Assembly (NCBI GenBank): GCA_002329335.1
Contig: DCTY01000072.1
Span: 23,305-87,304 of the forward strand
Source: Christensenella sp. UBA1428
Lineage (GTDB): Bacteria; Bacillota; Clostridia; Christensenellales; UBA1750
DNA: 64,000 bases
Reading direction: 5' to 3'
Positions 45,788-55,701 of this stretch are shown here, one piece after another (positions within the stretch are counted from its first letter, which is position 1; each line of letters opens with the position of its first letter). The translations under genes were made by a program, and so were the position numbers. A model generated the notes under the pieces. It was given only the letters and a program-made list of their open reading frames with translations. It did no database searches and had not been told where the DNA came from.

Positions 45788-47045
45788 TTTGCCATATATA
45801 GGAATTATTATTTTAATTTGTTTTTCCGCGTTCTTTTCCGGTTCGGAAATCGCCTATGCTTCCGCCAACCGTTCAAGGCTGAAAAAGGCGGCGGACGGCG
45901 GCGGACGCGCTGCGCGCCTGGCGCTGTCCATTTATGAAAAGTACGACGACGCGCTGGTTACCATTTTAATCGGCAACAATCTGGTCAATATCGCTTCCTC
46001 CTCCATTGCCACCGTCATCGCGCTTGCGCTGATGGGCAATTCCGGCGCCCCCATCGCCACGGCGATCATCACGGTGCTGATTTTGATATTCGGCGAAATT
46101 GTACCGAAAATCCTGGCCAAACAAAAAGCGGACGCATTCGCGGTTTTAACGGCGATTCCGCTCAAGCTGCTGATGTGGCTGACGTTTCCTGTGGTGTACC
46201 TGCTGACGGCGTTTTTGCATCTGCTCGCGCGCCTCTGGTCGCATCCCCAGCCGGACGCCGGCCTGACGGAGGAGGAGCTGTCCACTATCATCGAAACCGC
46301 GCAGGATGAAGGCGTCATCGACGAAGGCCAGGGCGAGCTTTTGCAGTCCGCATTGGAATTTTCCGAAATACAGGCTCAGGAGATCATCACGCCGCGCGTC
46401 AATATGCTTTCAATCGATATTGACGATCCGCGCCAGGAGATTCTCTCGGTCATTTTCAATTCGCCCCATTCGCGCATCCCGGTATATAAGGACAGCATCG
46501 ACAATATCATCGGCGTTCTGTATGTCAACCAGGTGCTCATGGCGCTGGCAGAAGATCCCGACGCAAAGCTGCGGCCGCTTTTGATGCCGCCCTGCTTTAT
46601 CCACAAAACAATGAGCCTGCCGGCGGTTCTGCGCGAACTGCGCAGCAGAAAAACACATCTGGCGGTCGTGATGGACGAATATGGCGGCACGCTTGGCATT
46701 GTTACCATGGAGGATCTTCTGGAACAGCTGGTGGGCGATATCTGGGACGAAACCGATGAAATCGTCGAAGAATTCCATCCGATTGACGAAACGCATTTTG
46801 AAGCCCGCGGCGAAATGAGTCTGTTTGAACTGTTTGAAAAGCTGGATCTGAACGACCGGGATCTGGACAGCGAATATACGACCGCCGGCGGGTGGGCCAT
46901 TGAAATGCTGGAAGGCACGCCGCACGAAGGCGACAGCTTCGATTATGACGTGCTGACGGTAACGGTAAAGAAAATGAACGACCGCAGCATTGAGCTTTTG
47001 GGGATTGAAAAGCATCCGCCCCAGGAGCCGGAAGACTTGTATTGA
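45777..47045 (+). CDS. CNNM/CorC-HlyC-family protein, paralog of the preceding gene
   Basis: Same architecture (GSEIAYASAN..., FGEIVPKILA, EDLLEQLVGDIWDE). Overlaps the upstream stop. Confidence 0.8.
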   Translation: MGSSLPYIGIIILICFSAFFSGSEIAYASANRSRLKKAADGGGRAARLALSIYEKYDDALVTILIGNNLVNIASSSIATVIALALMGNSGAPIATAIITVLILIFGEIVPKILAKQKADAFAVLTAIPLKLLMWLTFPVVYLLTAFLHLLARLWSHPQPDAGLTEEELSTIIETAQDEGVIDEGQGELLQSALEFSEIQAQEIITPRVNMLSIDIDDPRQEILSVIFNSPHSRIPVYKDSIDNIIGVLYVNQVLMALAEDPDAKLRPLLMPPCFIHKTMSLPAVLRELRSRKTHLAVVMDEYGGTLGIVTMEDLLEQLVGDIWDETDEIVEEFHPIDETHFEARGEMSLFELFEKLDLNDRDLDSEYTTAGGWAIEMLEGTPHEGDSFDYDVLTVTVKKMNDRSIELLGIEKHPPQEPEDLY

Positions 47046-47103
47046 CAAAAATGGCTGTGCCCAAATACATGCGCACAGCCGTTTTTTATCAGGAGGGCAG
47101 CCG

Positions 47104-47607
47104 ATGCAGATCACACTCAAACCGGTTTTAAAATCACAGCGTGAAATTTTAAAAAACCTGCTTGAAAAATACGACTATGAATTTTCCCAGTACGACCTCC
47201 GGGACGTCAACGAACTGGGGCTGTACGGGTACGATTATCTGGACTATTACTGGACGGAGAAAAAACGCTGGGCGTTTTTCATCTATGCCGACGGCAACCT
47301 GGCCGGTTTTGTCATGGTCAACGATTATCCTGAAAACGGGCAAAAAACCGATTATACGCTTTCGGAATTTTTTGTGCTGTATAAATACCGCCGCTGCGGC
47401 GTCGGCCGTTATGCCGCCAGAGCCGTGTTTGACCGTTTCCGCGGTTCCTGGCAGCTGAAACGCCACCCCAAAAATCTGCCCAGCGTGGCCTTTTGGGATC
47501 GGGTCATCGCCGAATATACCGGCGGCGCATACACGCTTTTACGCGGCGTGCAAAGCGCGGCCTATGACGACGGCACGCCGGCGGATTTATTCTATTTCAA
47601 CACTTAA
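47104..47607 (+). CDS. GNAT-like acetyltransferase
   Basis: The YKYRRCGVGRYAA motif resembles acetyl-CoA binding. AGGAGGG lies upstream of the ATG at 47104. Confidence 0.55.
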   Translation: MQITLKPVLKSQREILKNLLEKYDYEFSQYDLRDVNELGLYGYDYLDYYWTEKKRWAFFIYADGNLAGFVMVNDYPENGQKTDYTLSEFFVLYKYRRCGVGRYAARAVFDRFRGSWQLKRHPKNLPSVAFWDRVIAEYTGGAYTLLRGVQSAAYDDGTPADLFYFNT

Positions 47608-47623
47608 CCTGTTTTTTGTAAAA

Positions 47624-47661
47624 GGCCGCATGGGATTTTCCGATCCCATGCGGCCCTTTTT
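47624..47661. terminator. bidirectional hairpin terminator
   Basis: Perfect 12-bp stem GGCCGCATGGGA / TCCCATGCGGCC with A and T runs on either side. Confidence 0.7.
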
Positions 47662-47732
47662 GTCTTTTGATTTCGCGCCCACCGCTTTACGCGCTCCCGA
47701 AGCCAATACCGCAGGCTCCCCCGACAGCGCGT

Positions 47733-48803
47733 TTAGTGTTGGCCCTGTGTCACATTTTCCGCCAGCAGCTGCGCCTGCACGCACAGCTGCGCCGCTTTGA
47801 GGGCATGGCGCTGAGTCATCGCGTTTTCAGTTCTGTTGATGCAGTCCAAAATCAGCTGGCCATAATAGGGGAAGCCAACTTTTCCCAGCACATTTTCATA
47901 ATGCTCGCCGGTTCCATCCGCCCAGAAAACATGTCCCCCCGCCTTTTCACGGGCAATATCGGTATATTTGCGCAGTTCGATGTAGCCCTTTGTGCCCAGG
48001 ATAAACGTACGCCCATCGCCCCAGGCGGCAAGGCCGTCCGGCGTAAACCAGTCCACCCTGAAGTAACCTGCGGCGCCATTGTCCCCCGTGAGAGCCGCAT
48101 CGCCAAAATCGTCCAGCTCGGGATATTGCGGATGATTATAATTGCCGATACGCGACGCGTTGATCACGGCGTCCTGCGCCCCGGTATAAGCCAAAAACTG
48201 CTCGATCTGATGGCTGCCGATATCGCAGAGAATGCCCCCATACTGCTCTTTTTCAAAAAACCATGCCGGACGTCTCTGGGGACGCAGCCGGTGCGGCCCA
48301 GTACCCAGAACCTGAATCACCCGGCCAATCACGCCGTTTTCAATGAGCGCGCCGGCATAAACCGCCGCTTCATTGCTGAGCCGCTCGCTGTAGCTGACAG
48401 CATATTTTCTGCCCGTTTCAGCGATCACATTTTTCACCTGAGCGAGCTGCTCAAGCGTCGTCAGCGGCGCCTTGTCGGTAAAATAATCCTTTCCGGCGCG
48501 CATAACGCGCATGCCAAGCGCCGCGCGCTGGCTGGTCACGCAGGCTGCTGCAACCAGACGCACCTGCGGATCATCCAGGACTTCCTGTTCACAGCGCGCC
48601 GGACGAACCGTTTCAAAAGCCCTGCAAAAAGCCGCAAGCTTTTCCGGGTCCGGGTCGTACGCCCATTTGAGCGTCGCACCCGCCGCCAGAAGCTGACGCG
48701 TCATCCCGTAGATGTGTTCATGATCCATCCCGACGGCGGCAATGGCAAATTCCCCCGGGGAAACGACCGGCTGCGGTTTTTGAATGTCCAGATACATGCT
48801 CAT
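47733..48803 (-). CDS. Gfo/Idh/MocA-family oxidoreductase
   Basis: 356 aa with an N-terminal Rossmann-like region and family-typical length. Paired with a second member. Confidence 0.7.
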   Translation of the reverse strand: MSMYLDIQKPQPVVSPGEFAIAAVGMDHEHIYGMTRQLLAAGATLKWAYDPDPEKLAAFCRAFETVRPARCEQEVLDDPQVRLVAAACVTSQRAALGMRVMRAGKDYFTDKAPLTTLEQLAQVKNVIAETGRKYAVSYSERLSNEAAVYAGALIENGVIGRVIQVLGTGPHRLRPQRRPAWFFEKEQYGGILCDIGSHQIEQFLAYTGAQDAVINASRIGNYNHPQYPELDDFGDAALTGDNGAAGYFRVDWFTPDGLAAWGDGRTFILGTKGYIELRKYTDIAREKAGGHVFWADGTGEHYENVLGKVGFPYYGQLILDCINRTENAMTQRHALKAAQLCVQAQLLAENVTQGQH

Positions 48804-48809
48804 TCCTCC

Positions 48810-49973
48810 TTATTTTTCGCGATAGGTACCAAGGGTGATTTCGTCGGTTTCAAAATTTTCAATCGCCGCCGTTTTTTCATAAAAATGCGGCACATGGCGC
48901 AAAAGCCCTTCAAAGGTATAAAAATCATCCTCCGGCTCAATGGGCAGCGCGACCGTTCGCCCAAGCGCGCCGGATTTATAAATCGCCGTAATCAGCTCCA
49001 CCGTTGCGCGCCCGTCAATACCGGTAATCATTGGTTTGCCGCCGTTTTCCAGGGCGGAGAGAAAATTGTCGATTTCTCCGGCATGCCCCTGATATTTCAG
49101 CGGTTCAACCGCCTCATAGGCATCATGGAGCTGTTTTTCCAGCGCCTCGTCCCGCACGGGGAATCCATTGCTCCGTGCGGTGGACGCATAGCAATCCCAC
49201 GGCGTTTCCAATTTTGCCCGTTCGCACTGCAGCACAATCCCCTGCTCTTCCTTGTGGTGGACGACCGACGCCGTTACCAGCGCCATAAGGCCGTCGGCAT
49301 AGCGCAGCGCAGAAAAGGACAGATCCTCCACCTGCGCATTATCATGCATGGTATTGGCCAAAACCGCCGTCACCTCGCAGGGCAGCTCGCCCTTCATCCA
49401 GTTGAGCATATCGATATGATGCACCGCGTGGTTGAGCGTACAGCCGCCGCCTTCCTTTTCCCACAGCCCGCGCCACCAAAGGTCATAATAATTATGGCCG
49501 CGCCACCAGAATGAATTGACGTGCGCAACGCACGCCTTTCCGGCAAGCCCGGTATCCAGCACTTTTTTTAACCGGTATACCGGATCGCGAAAACGGTTTT
49601 GCGCAATGCAGCCCATCGTCACGCCGTTTCTGCGCTCGGCGCTTAGCATCTGATCGCACTGCGCCAGGCTGGCGGCCATCGGTTTTTCCACCACCACATG
49701 CTTGCCTGCGTCCATCGCATGGATCGCAATAGGCGCATGTGTGTACGGCGGCGTGCAGACATGAACCAGATCGATCTTCAGCCCGGAGGCAAGCATCTTT
49801 TCATGATCGTCAAAAATCTGGCAGTCCAATCCGAATTTTTCCTTCATCGCCTGCGCTTTTTCCGGATAAATGTCGCACAGCGCGACAATTCTGCATCGCT
49901 GCGGAAATTCCAGCAGCACCCGCACATGCGCCGGGGCAATATTGCCGGTCCCTACAATTGCAACGTCATGCAT
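48810..49973 (-). CDS. Gfo/Idh/MocA-family oxidoreductase
   Basis: VAIVGTGNIAPAH Rossmann motif and EKPMA motif. Start set to the ATG at 49973. Confidence 0.8.
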   Translation of the reverse strand: MHDVAIVGTGNIAPAHVRVLLEFPQRCRIVALCDIYPEKAQAMKEKFGLDCQIFDDHEKMLASGLKIDLVHVCTPPYTHAPIAIHAMDAGKHVVVEKPMAASLAQCDQMLSAERRNGVTMGCIAQNRFRDPVYRLKKVLDTGLAGKACVAHVNSFWWRGHNYYDLWWRGLWEKEGGGCTLNHAVHHIDMLNWMKGELPCEVTAVLANTMHDNAQVEDLSFSALRYADGLMALVTASVVHHKEEQGIVLQCERAKLETPWDCYASTARSNGFPVRDEALEKQLHDAYEAVEPLKYQGHAGEIDNFLSALENGGKPMITGIDGRATVELITAIYKSGALGRTVALPIEPEDDFYTFEGLLRHVPHFYEKTAAIENFETDEITLGTYREK

Positions 49974-50167
49974 CGCGATTTCCTCCAAGCCATTTTTATT
50001 GGATACGAATCCCTGATTTCGTATTGTCCGATTAAAAACAGCTTAAAACAAAATCCAACCCGGTTCCAGCCAAAATTTGCCATGTTCGCCTCATATGCCG
50101 CATTTTTTGCCCAACACAAAACGCCGCTGGCTTTCGCGCCAGCCTGCATGCCCGGGCGCCGGCGCCA

Positions 50168-51007
50168 TTATAGCAAGGACTGCCTGCGCCATTGCTGCGC
50201 CGTCATACCGGTTAACTGCTTAAATACGCGCTGAAAATGCGCTGCACTTTCAAACCCGGCGGCAGACGCCGCCTGCGTGATGGACATCTGCGGCTGGCTG
50301 CGCAAAAGCGTGCCGGCGTATTCCACGCGCAGATGGTTGACGTACTGAACAAAGGAAATGCCCACATGGCGTTTAAAGCTGCGGCTTAAATAGCTGGGCG
50401 TAACATAAAACTGGCGCGCCACCGCTTCCAGCGTGATCTTTTGGGTAAAATGCGCTTTCAAATACGCAACCGTCATCGCAATGCGCTCTATTTTCGGATC
50501 CACCGGCCCATTTGCCGGCTGTACCCCGCCGCTTTGCCGGATCCAGCGCCGGACGAGCACCAGAAGCTGCCCCAGCGCCAGCTTGGCGTAAAGCGTTTCC
50601 CCTTCCCGATACGCCCACTGAATCTGTTTAAACAGGCAAAGGGCGGTCGCCTGTTGTTTTTCATCCAGGGAAAGCTGAAAAAACGGACCCTGGACAAGCG
50701 CCAGAAACGCCGCCTTTTCCTCCCGGAGCGCATCGGACAAAAAAGCCTCTGTAAAATTCACAACAATCCGCGCGCCCTGCGATTGATCGCCCTGAAAGGA
50801 TTGGTGCAGTTCCAGCTTGTTTAGCCAAACCAGGCCCCCCTGTCTGACGTAACAAAACGCGTCGCGCGCAAACACATACCGGTCGCCCGCCACCTGGTAA
50901 TAAAGCTCATAATTGTCATGGTAATGCGCCTGGTGCATCGTCGGCAGGCTGTCATGGGTATTGTACTGAATGGCAAACGCCCTGGGCATGGTGTGAAACA
51001 GACTCAT
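50168..51007 (-). CDS. AraC-family transcriptional regulator (cupin sensor plus HTH)
   Basis: C-terminal AraC HTH (TLEAVARQFYVTPSYLSRSFKRHVG...FESAAHFQRVFK). Start at the ATG at 51007, preceded by AGGGAG. Confidence 0.8.
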   Translation of the reverse strand: MSLFHTMPRAFAIQYNTHDSLPTMHQAHYHDNYELYYQVAGDRYVFARDAFCYVRQGGLVWLNKLELHQSFQGDQSQGARIVVNFTEAFLSDALREEKAAFLALVQGPFFQLSLDEKQQATALCLFKQIQWAYREGETLYAKLALGQLLVLVRRWIRQSGGVQPANGPVDPKIERIAMTVAYLKAHFTQKITLEAVARQFYVTPSYLSRSFKRHVGISFVQYVNHLRVEYAGTLLRSQPQMSITQAASAAGFESAAHFQRVFKQLTGMTAQQWRRQSLL

Positions 51008-51082
51008 ATCGGGACTCCCTGCATACTTCAAAAAAATAAAATACCCCGACAAGTCCTATCTGCCGGGGTATTGGAGCAGGAT

Positions 51083-52279
51083 TTATTTTGCAACCAGTTC
51101 AACCGTGTCACGGGCAATTGCCAATTCCTCATTGGTATTGACAACCCAAACGCGCACCTTGGAATCCTTGCCGGTAATCTCAACCTGCTTGTGATTTTCC
51201 GCCTCGTTTTTCGCTTCGTCAATGCTGGCGTTCATGTAACCCAGGTTCGCCATGACCTTCTGGCGCACAACCGCGTCATTTTCGCCGATACCGCCGGTAA
51301 AGGCAATCACGTCCACGCCGCCCATCGCCGCTGCGAACGCGCCAACGTACTTGGTAATGCGGTAGCAGACCATCTCCAGCGCCAACGCCGCGCGCGCATT
51401 GCCTGCGTTGACAGCGGCATGCAGGTCGCGCATATCGGAAGAAACGCCGGAAATGCCCAGCATACCGGATTTCTTGTTGTAAACGTTGGTGATCTCCTCA
51501 ATGGACAGCCCCGTGTTGTGCATCAGATATTCGGTAATCGCCGGGTCCATGTCGCCGCTGCGGGTACCCATCATCAAGCCTTCCAGAGGCGTGATGCCCA
51601 TGGAGGTGTCCACGCATTTGCCGTACGCCACGGCGGACACGGACGAACCGTTGCCCAGATGGCACACGATGGTGCGCAGGTCTTCTTTCTTCTTCCCGCA
51701 CAGCTCGGCAACCTTCGCCGATACGAACCGGTGGCTCGTGCCGTGGAAGCCATAGCGGCGCACATGATACTTTTCATAGTATTCATAAGGAAGCGCATAC
51801 ATAAACGCATGGGCGGGCATGGTCTGATGGAACGCCGTATCAAACACCGCTACCTGCGGCACGCCGGGCATGATCTGCTGGCAGGCCACGATGCCCTGCA
51901 GGTTGGCCGGATTGTGCAGCGGGCCCAGCGGGATATTCTCGCGGATGGCGTCCAAAACCGCATCGTCAACCACAACGGAAGCGGAAAACTTCTCGCCGCC
52001 GTGCAGCACGCGGTGCCCCACCGCCTTGATGGAGCTCATATCGGCAATAACGCCCTTTTCACCGTCGGTCAAAGCCGCGACGGTATACCGCATGGCGTCG
52101 GTATGGTTCGCCATGGGCGCTTCGATGACAAATTCACCCTTGGGCGATTTCTGGGTCAGCTTGGAGCCTTCGATGCCCACGCGCTCGACCGTACCCTTGG
52201 CAAGAACGTCTTCGGTATCCGTTTCAATCAAAAGATATTTCAGCGAGGACGAACCCGCATTGATGACAAGAACGATCAT
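51083..52279 (-). CDS. ackA: acetate kinase
   Basis: MIVLVINAGSSSLKY N-terminus and conserved AckA body. Confidence 0.95.
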   Translation of the reverse strand: MIVLVINAGSSSLKYLLIETDTEDVLAKGTVERVGIEGSKLTQKSPKGEFVIEAPMANHTDAMRYTVAALTDGEKGVIADMSSIKAVGHRVLHGGEKFSASVVVDDAVLDAIRENIPLGPLHNPANLQGIVACQQIMPGVPQVAVFDTAFHQTMPAHAFMYALPYEYYEKYHVRRYGFHGTSHRFVSAKVAELCGKKKEDLRTIVCHLGNGSSVSAVAYGKCVDTSMGITPLEGLMMGTRSGDMDPAITEYLMHNTGLSIEEITNVYNKKSGMLGISGVSSDMRDLHAAVNAGNARAALALEMVCYRITKYVGAFAAAMGGVDVIAFTGGIGENDAVVRQKVMANLGYMNASIDEAKNEAENHKQVEITGKDSKVRVWVVNTNEELAIARDTVELVAK

Positions 52280-52297
52280 TTCTGTACGCTTCCTCCT

Positions 52298-53290
52298 TTA
52301 ATTGCTGGCCGCCTGAAGCGCAGTGATCGCCACAACGCCCACAATGTCCTCCGCGGAGCAGCCGCGGGACAGGTCGTTCACCGGCTTTGCCAGGCCCTGA
52401 ATGATCGGGCCGACGGCTTCGGCGCCGCCCAGACGCTGTGCCAGCTTATAGCCGATATTGCCCGCCTGAAGATCCGGGAATACCAGCACGTTGGCCTGAC
52501 CGGCCACTGTGCTGCCGGGGCTCTTGAGCGCGCCGACGGACGCGACCAGCGCGGCGTCTGCCTGCAGCTCGCCGTCGATGTTCAGTTCGGGCGCCAGCGC
52601 CTTGGCCTTTGCCGTCGCTTCCACAACCTTGTCTACATTTTCATGCTTTGCAGAACCCTTCGTGGAGAAAGAGAGCATCGCAACTTTGGGCGTATCAATC
52701 TCGGCAATCACCCTGGCGCTGTTGGCAGAAGCCACTGCAATGGCGGCGAGCTCGTCGCTGGTGGGATTGGGAATCACGGCGCAGTCGCCAAAGACCATCA
52801 CGCCGTCCTGACCGTATTGACGGGCGGGGCAATCCATGATAAAACAGGAAGAGACAACGGAGATGCCGGGAGCCGTCTTGATGATCTGCAGCGCCGGGCG
52901 CAGCACATTGCCGGTGGAATTGATCGCGCCGGCGACCATGCCGTCCGCATCGCCGGCCTTGACCATCATCACGCCAAAATACAGCGTGCTGGCCAGCAGC
53001 GTTTCGCGGGCTTTTTCAGGGGTCATCCCCTTGTTTTTGCGCAGTTCATAAAACAGATTGGCATATTCCTCCAGCTTGTCGCTCTTGGTATGGTCGATGA
53101 TCTGCACGCCGGTCAGATCCACACCCTGCGCCGCAATTTCCGCTTCATTGCCGATCAGCGTCACCTTGGCAAGCTTCTGCTGGGTGATCATCTGCGCCGC
53201 TTTGACGGTGCGCGGCTCGGTGCCTTCGGCCAGCACGATGTGTTTTACATTGGCCTGGGCGCGCTGCTTGATGCGATCCATAACGCTCAT
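52298..53290 (-). CDS. pta: phosphate acetyltransferase
   Basis: 330-aa PTA_PTB domain ([15 protein letters not shown]...), adjacent to ackA. Confidence 0.9.
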   Translation of the reverse strand: MSVMDRIKQRAQANVKHIVLAEGTEPRTVKAAQMITQQKLAKVTLIGNEAEIAAQGVDLTGVQIIDHTKSDKLEEYANLFYELRKNKGMTPEKARETLLASTLYFGVMMVKAGDADGMVAGAINSTGNVLRPALQIIKTAPGISVVSSCFIMDCPARQYGQDGVMVFGDCAVIPNPTSDELAAIAVASANSARVIAEIDTPKVAMLSFSTKGSAKHENVDKVVEATAKAKALAPELNIDGELQADAALVASVGALKSPGSTVAGQANVLVFPDLQAGNIGYKLAQRLGGAEAVGPIIQGLAKPVNDLSRGCSAEDIVGVVAITALQAASN

Positions 53291-53382
53291 GGAAGTTCCC
53301 TCCTAAAATTTATGCGGACTTGCCGCAACATAATCTCCAATTATTATACACGCATTTACAGGAAAAGAAAAGAACAAAAATC

Positions 53383-54513
53383 ATGAAAATTACCGGAATT
53401 ATCTGCGAATATAACCCTTTTCACGCCATGCACAGCGCGCATATCCGTTTGGCGCGCGAAAAAACGCAGGCGGATTACATCGTCTGCGCGCTGTCCGGGC
53501 CGTTTGTTCAGCGGGGCGATCTGGCCATATGCGACAAATGGCGCCGTACAAAAATGGCCCTTTTGGGCGGCGCGGACGCGGTGTTTGAACTGCCGGTGCG
53601 CTTCGCGCTTGGCGCCGCGCCGGATTTTGCCCGCGGCGGCGTAACGCTGCTGTCCGCCCTTGGCGCCGACGCGCTTTGTTTCGGCAGTGAAAACGACGAT
53701 TTGGCCCTGCTTGAGCAGGCCGCACGGCTTCAGATCGACCCGACGCAGGGGCTAAAAGACGGCAAAAGCTATCCCCGTGCGCTGGGCGAAGCGGCAGGCG
53801 CGCTGTCCCCCTGGCTCAGTCTGCCCAATTTTACCCTTGGCGTGGAATATCTGCGTGCCATCGCGGCCTATGCGCCGCATTTGCAGGCCGCCGCCGTTTT
53901 GCGCACCGGCGCGCACCATGCAAAAACGCTGGACGCCTTTGCCAGCGCCGGCGCGATCCGCGCTGGGCTTTTTGCAGACGAAACGCAAAGAGGGCAGGCG
54001 CTGGCGATACTGCCGGATTTTTCCGCCGCGCTTTTGCCCGCAAAGCCGCTTTGTTTAGACGATCTGAACCAGGCCGTGCTCTATGCGCTGCGCACCATGA
54101 CGCCGGAGCGCATGTCTGCAATTTCCGGCATGCGCGAGGGGCTGGAAAACCGTATTTTTCAGGCCGCACAGGTCAGCCGGACGCTGGAAGAGCTGTTTGC
54201 AAACGTCAAATGCAAGCGCTATACCATGGCGGCGATTCGCAGAGCCGTCTGCGCCGCCGCCCTTGGCATGACAAAGGAGCTGGAAAAACAAACGCCCACA
54301 GCGCCCTATGCCCGGCTTTTGGGCTTCCGAACCGGCAGCGCCGCATTGCTCAAGCAGATCAAGCAGCGGGCCCAAATACCCATTTTGACCAAAATTGCCG
54401 ACGCGCCGCCAAACGATTGTCTTTTGCTGGATATGCGGGCTCAGGATCTGGCCGATCTGGCCGCCTGTCAGCCCATCCGGCGCGATCTGACGACTTCACC
54501 CATGCGCATCTGA
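53383..54513 (+). CDS. tmcAL: tRNA(Met) cytidine acetate ligase (YlbM/TmcAL family nucleotidyltransferase)
   Basis: GIICEYNPFHAMHSAHI N-terminal nucleotidyltransferase motif. Start at the ATG at 53383. Confidence 0.7.
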   Translation: MKITGIICEYNPFHAMHSAHIRLAREKTQADYIVCALSGPFVQRGDLAICDKWRRTKMALLGGADAVFELPVRFALGAAPDFARGGVTLLSALGADALCFGSENDDLALLEQAARLQIDPTQGLKDGKSYPRALGEAAGALSPWLSLPNFTLGVEYLRAIAAYAPHLQAAAVLRTGAHHAKTLDAFASAGAIRAGLFADETQRGQALAILPDFSAALLPAKPLCLDDLNQAVLYALRTMTPERMSAISGMREGLENRIFQAAQVSRTLEELFANVKCKRYTMAAIRRAVCAAALGMTKELEKQTPTAPYARLLGFRTGSAALLKQIKQRAQIPILTKIADAPPNDCLLLDMRAQDLADLAACQPIRRDLTTSPMRI

Positions 54514-54598
54514 CCCGCCGCGGCGCACAAACCCGCCATGCGGGCATGTCCAATGCGCTTTTGGTTGAAACGATTTTATCAAGAAGAGGTGTCCTTCC

Positions 54599-55186
54599 AT
54601 GAAACTGCTGCTTACCGCTTTTGAACCGTTCGGCGGCGAATCCGTCAATCCCTCCGCGCTGGTGCTGGAACAGATCCGGGAGCCAAAGGGGCTTCGGATT
54701 GCAAAAGCGCTGCTGCCCGTTTCATTTTCCGGCGCGCCCAGCACGCTGCTGCAAAAAATCGATCGGTTTTGTCCCGACGCAGTGCTTTGCCTGGGGCAGG
54801 CTGCGGGCCGCGCCGCCCTCACGCCCGAACGGATCGGGATCAATTGGATGGACGCCTCGATTCCCGACAATGACGGCGCACAGCCGCGCAGGAGCAGGAT
54901 CCGTCCCGACGGCCCCGACGCTTACTTTTCAACCCTGCCGGTCTACGCGATGGCAGATGCAGCCCAGGCGGCGGGGATTCCCGCGCAGGTTTCCCTCAGC
55001 GCCGGCGCATATGTATGCAACTGCACGCTGTATTGCGCGCTGGAAATCGGCGCGCATCGGAAGATCGCCGCAGGCTTCGTTCACGTCCCCTGTCTGCCCA
55101 TGCAGGCAGCAAAAAAACAGTTGCCCAGCATGACCCTTGAACAAATGACCGCCGGCATCAGCGCCATGCTTGATGTGCTTCGGTAA
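54599..55186 (+). CDS. pcp: pyroglutamyl-peptidase I
   Basis: MKLLLTAFEPFGGESVNPS N-terminus and GAYVCN catalytic Cys region. Confidence 0.9.
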   Translation: MKLLLTAFEPFGGESVNPSALVLEQIREPKGLRIAKALLPVSFSGAPSTLLQKIDRFCPDAVLCLGQAAGRAALTPERIGINWMDASIPDNDGAQPRRSRIRPDGPDAYFSTLPVYAMADAAQAAGIPAQVSLSAGAYVCNCTLYCALEIGAHRKIAAGFVHVPCLPMQAAKKQLPSMTLEQMTAGISAMLDVLR

Positions 55187-55236
55187 CAGAAAATACAGGC
55201 CGCTGCATCCGCCGCGGCGATCCATTGCGCAATCGA

Positions 55237-55701
55237 TCAGAGCCGCGCAATTGGGAAAAAGAACGTGCACGCGCCTGTCTGAGCGTCATAAAATTCCTGT
55301 ACTGCCCCTGCAAGGCCATCGCCCTGCGCCCGAAACTGCGCGAGGGCTTTTTTAAACGCGTCGCTGCCCTGCGCCCGGATACAGCAATATTCAAACGCCG
55401 GCACCATCCATTTGGCCCATCCAGCGGGAATCGCTGCATCCGGCGCGCACTGTACCCCCGCCAGATACAGCCCTTTGGAAAAATCGTCCTCCCAGGGCTG
55501 AAATGTCCTGGAAAAATCCGTCATTGCGCCCCAAATGCCAACCGGCCGGCCCTTTTCGTCCCGGATGGCCAAATGGGCGATCTGATCAAACGCTCCGTTT
55601 GCTTCCCGCCAGAGCGCCTGCACAAAGCCCGCGCCATCCCGGGTCGAGCCCTCCTTGCCGACAACGGCAAAGGATGCCATTTTACAGCGCATCCCTGTCA
55701 T
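55237..55701 (-). CDS. GyrI-like / AraC effector-binding-domain protein
   Basis: 154 aa. The pattern ...FVQALWREANG...PAGWAKWMVPAFEY resembles the SRPBCC/GyrI-like small-molecule binding fold. AAGGAGGG lies upstream of the ATG at 55701. Confidence 0.5.
   Translation of the reverse strand: MTGMRCKMASFAVVGKEGSTRDGAGFVQALWREANGAFDQIAHLAIRDEKGRPVGIWGAMTDFSRTFQPWEDDFSKGLYLAGVQCAPDAAIPAGWAKWMVPAFEYCCIRAQGSDAFKKALAQFRAQGDGLAGAVQEFYDAQTGACTFFFPIARL

Noticed and set aside
47667-49514. 615-aa plus-strand ORF opposite the two Gfo/Idh/MocA genes
   Set aside because: Shadow ORF antisense to well-supported genes, with Arg/Pro/His-rich composition and no RBS.
50918-53386. 822-aa ORF on the plus strand spanning the ackA-pta region
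   Set aside because: It is antisense to two unmistakable housekeeping genes. The translation is Arg/His/Gly/Ala-rich low complexity with no motifs. This is a typical shadow ORF of high-GC DNA.
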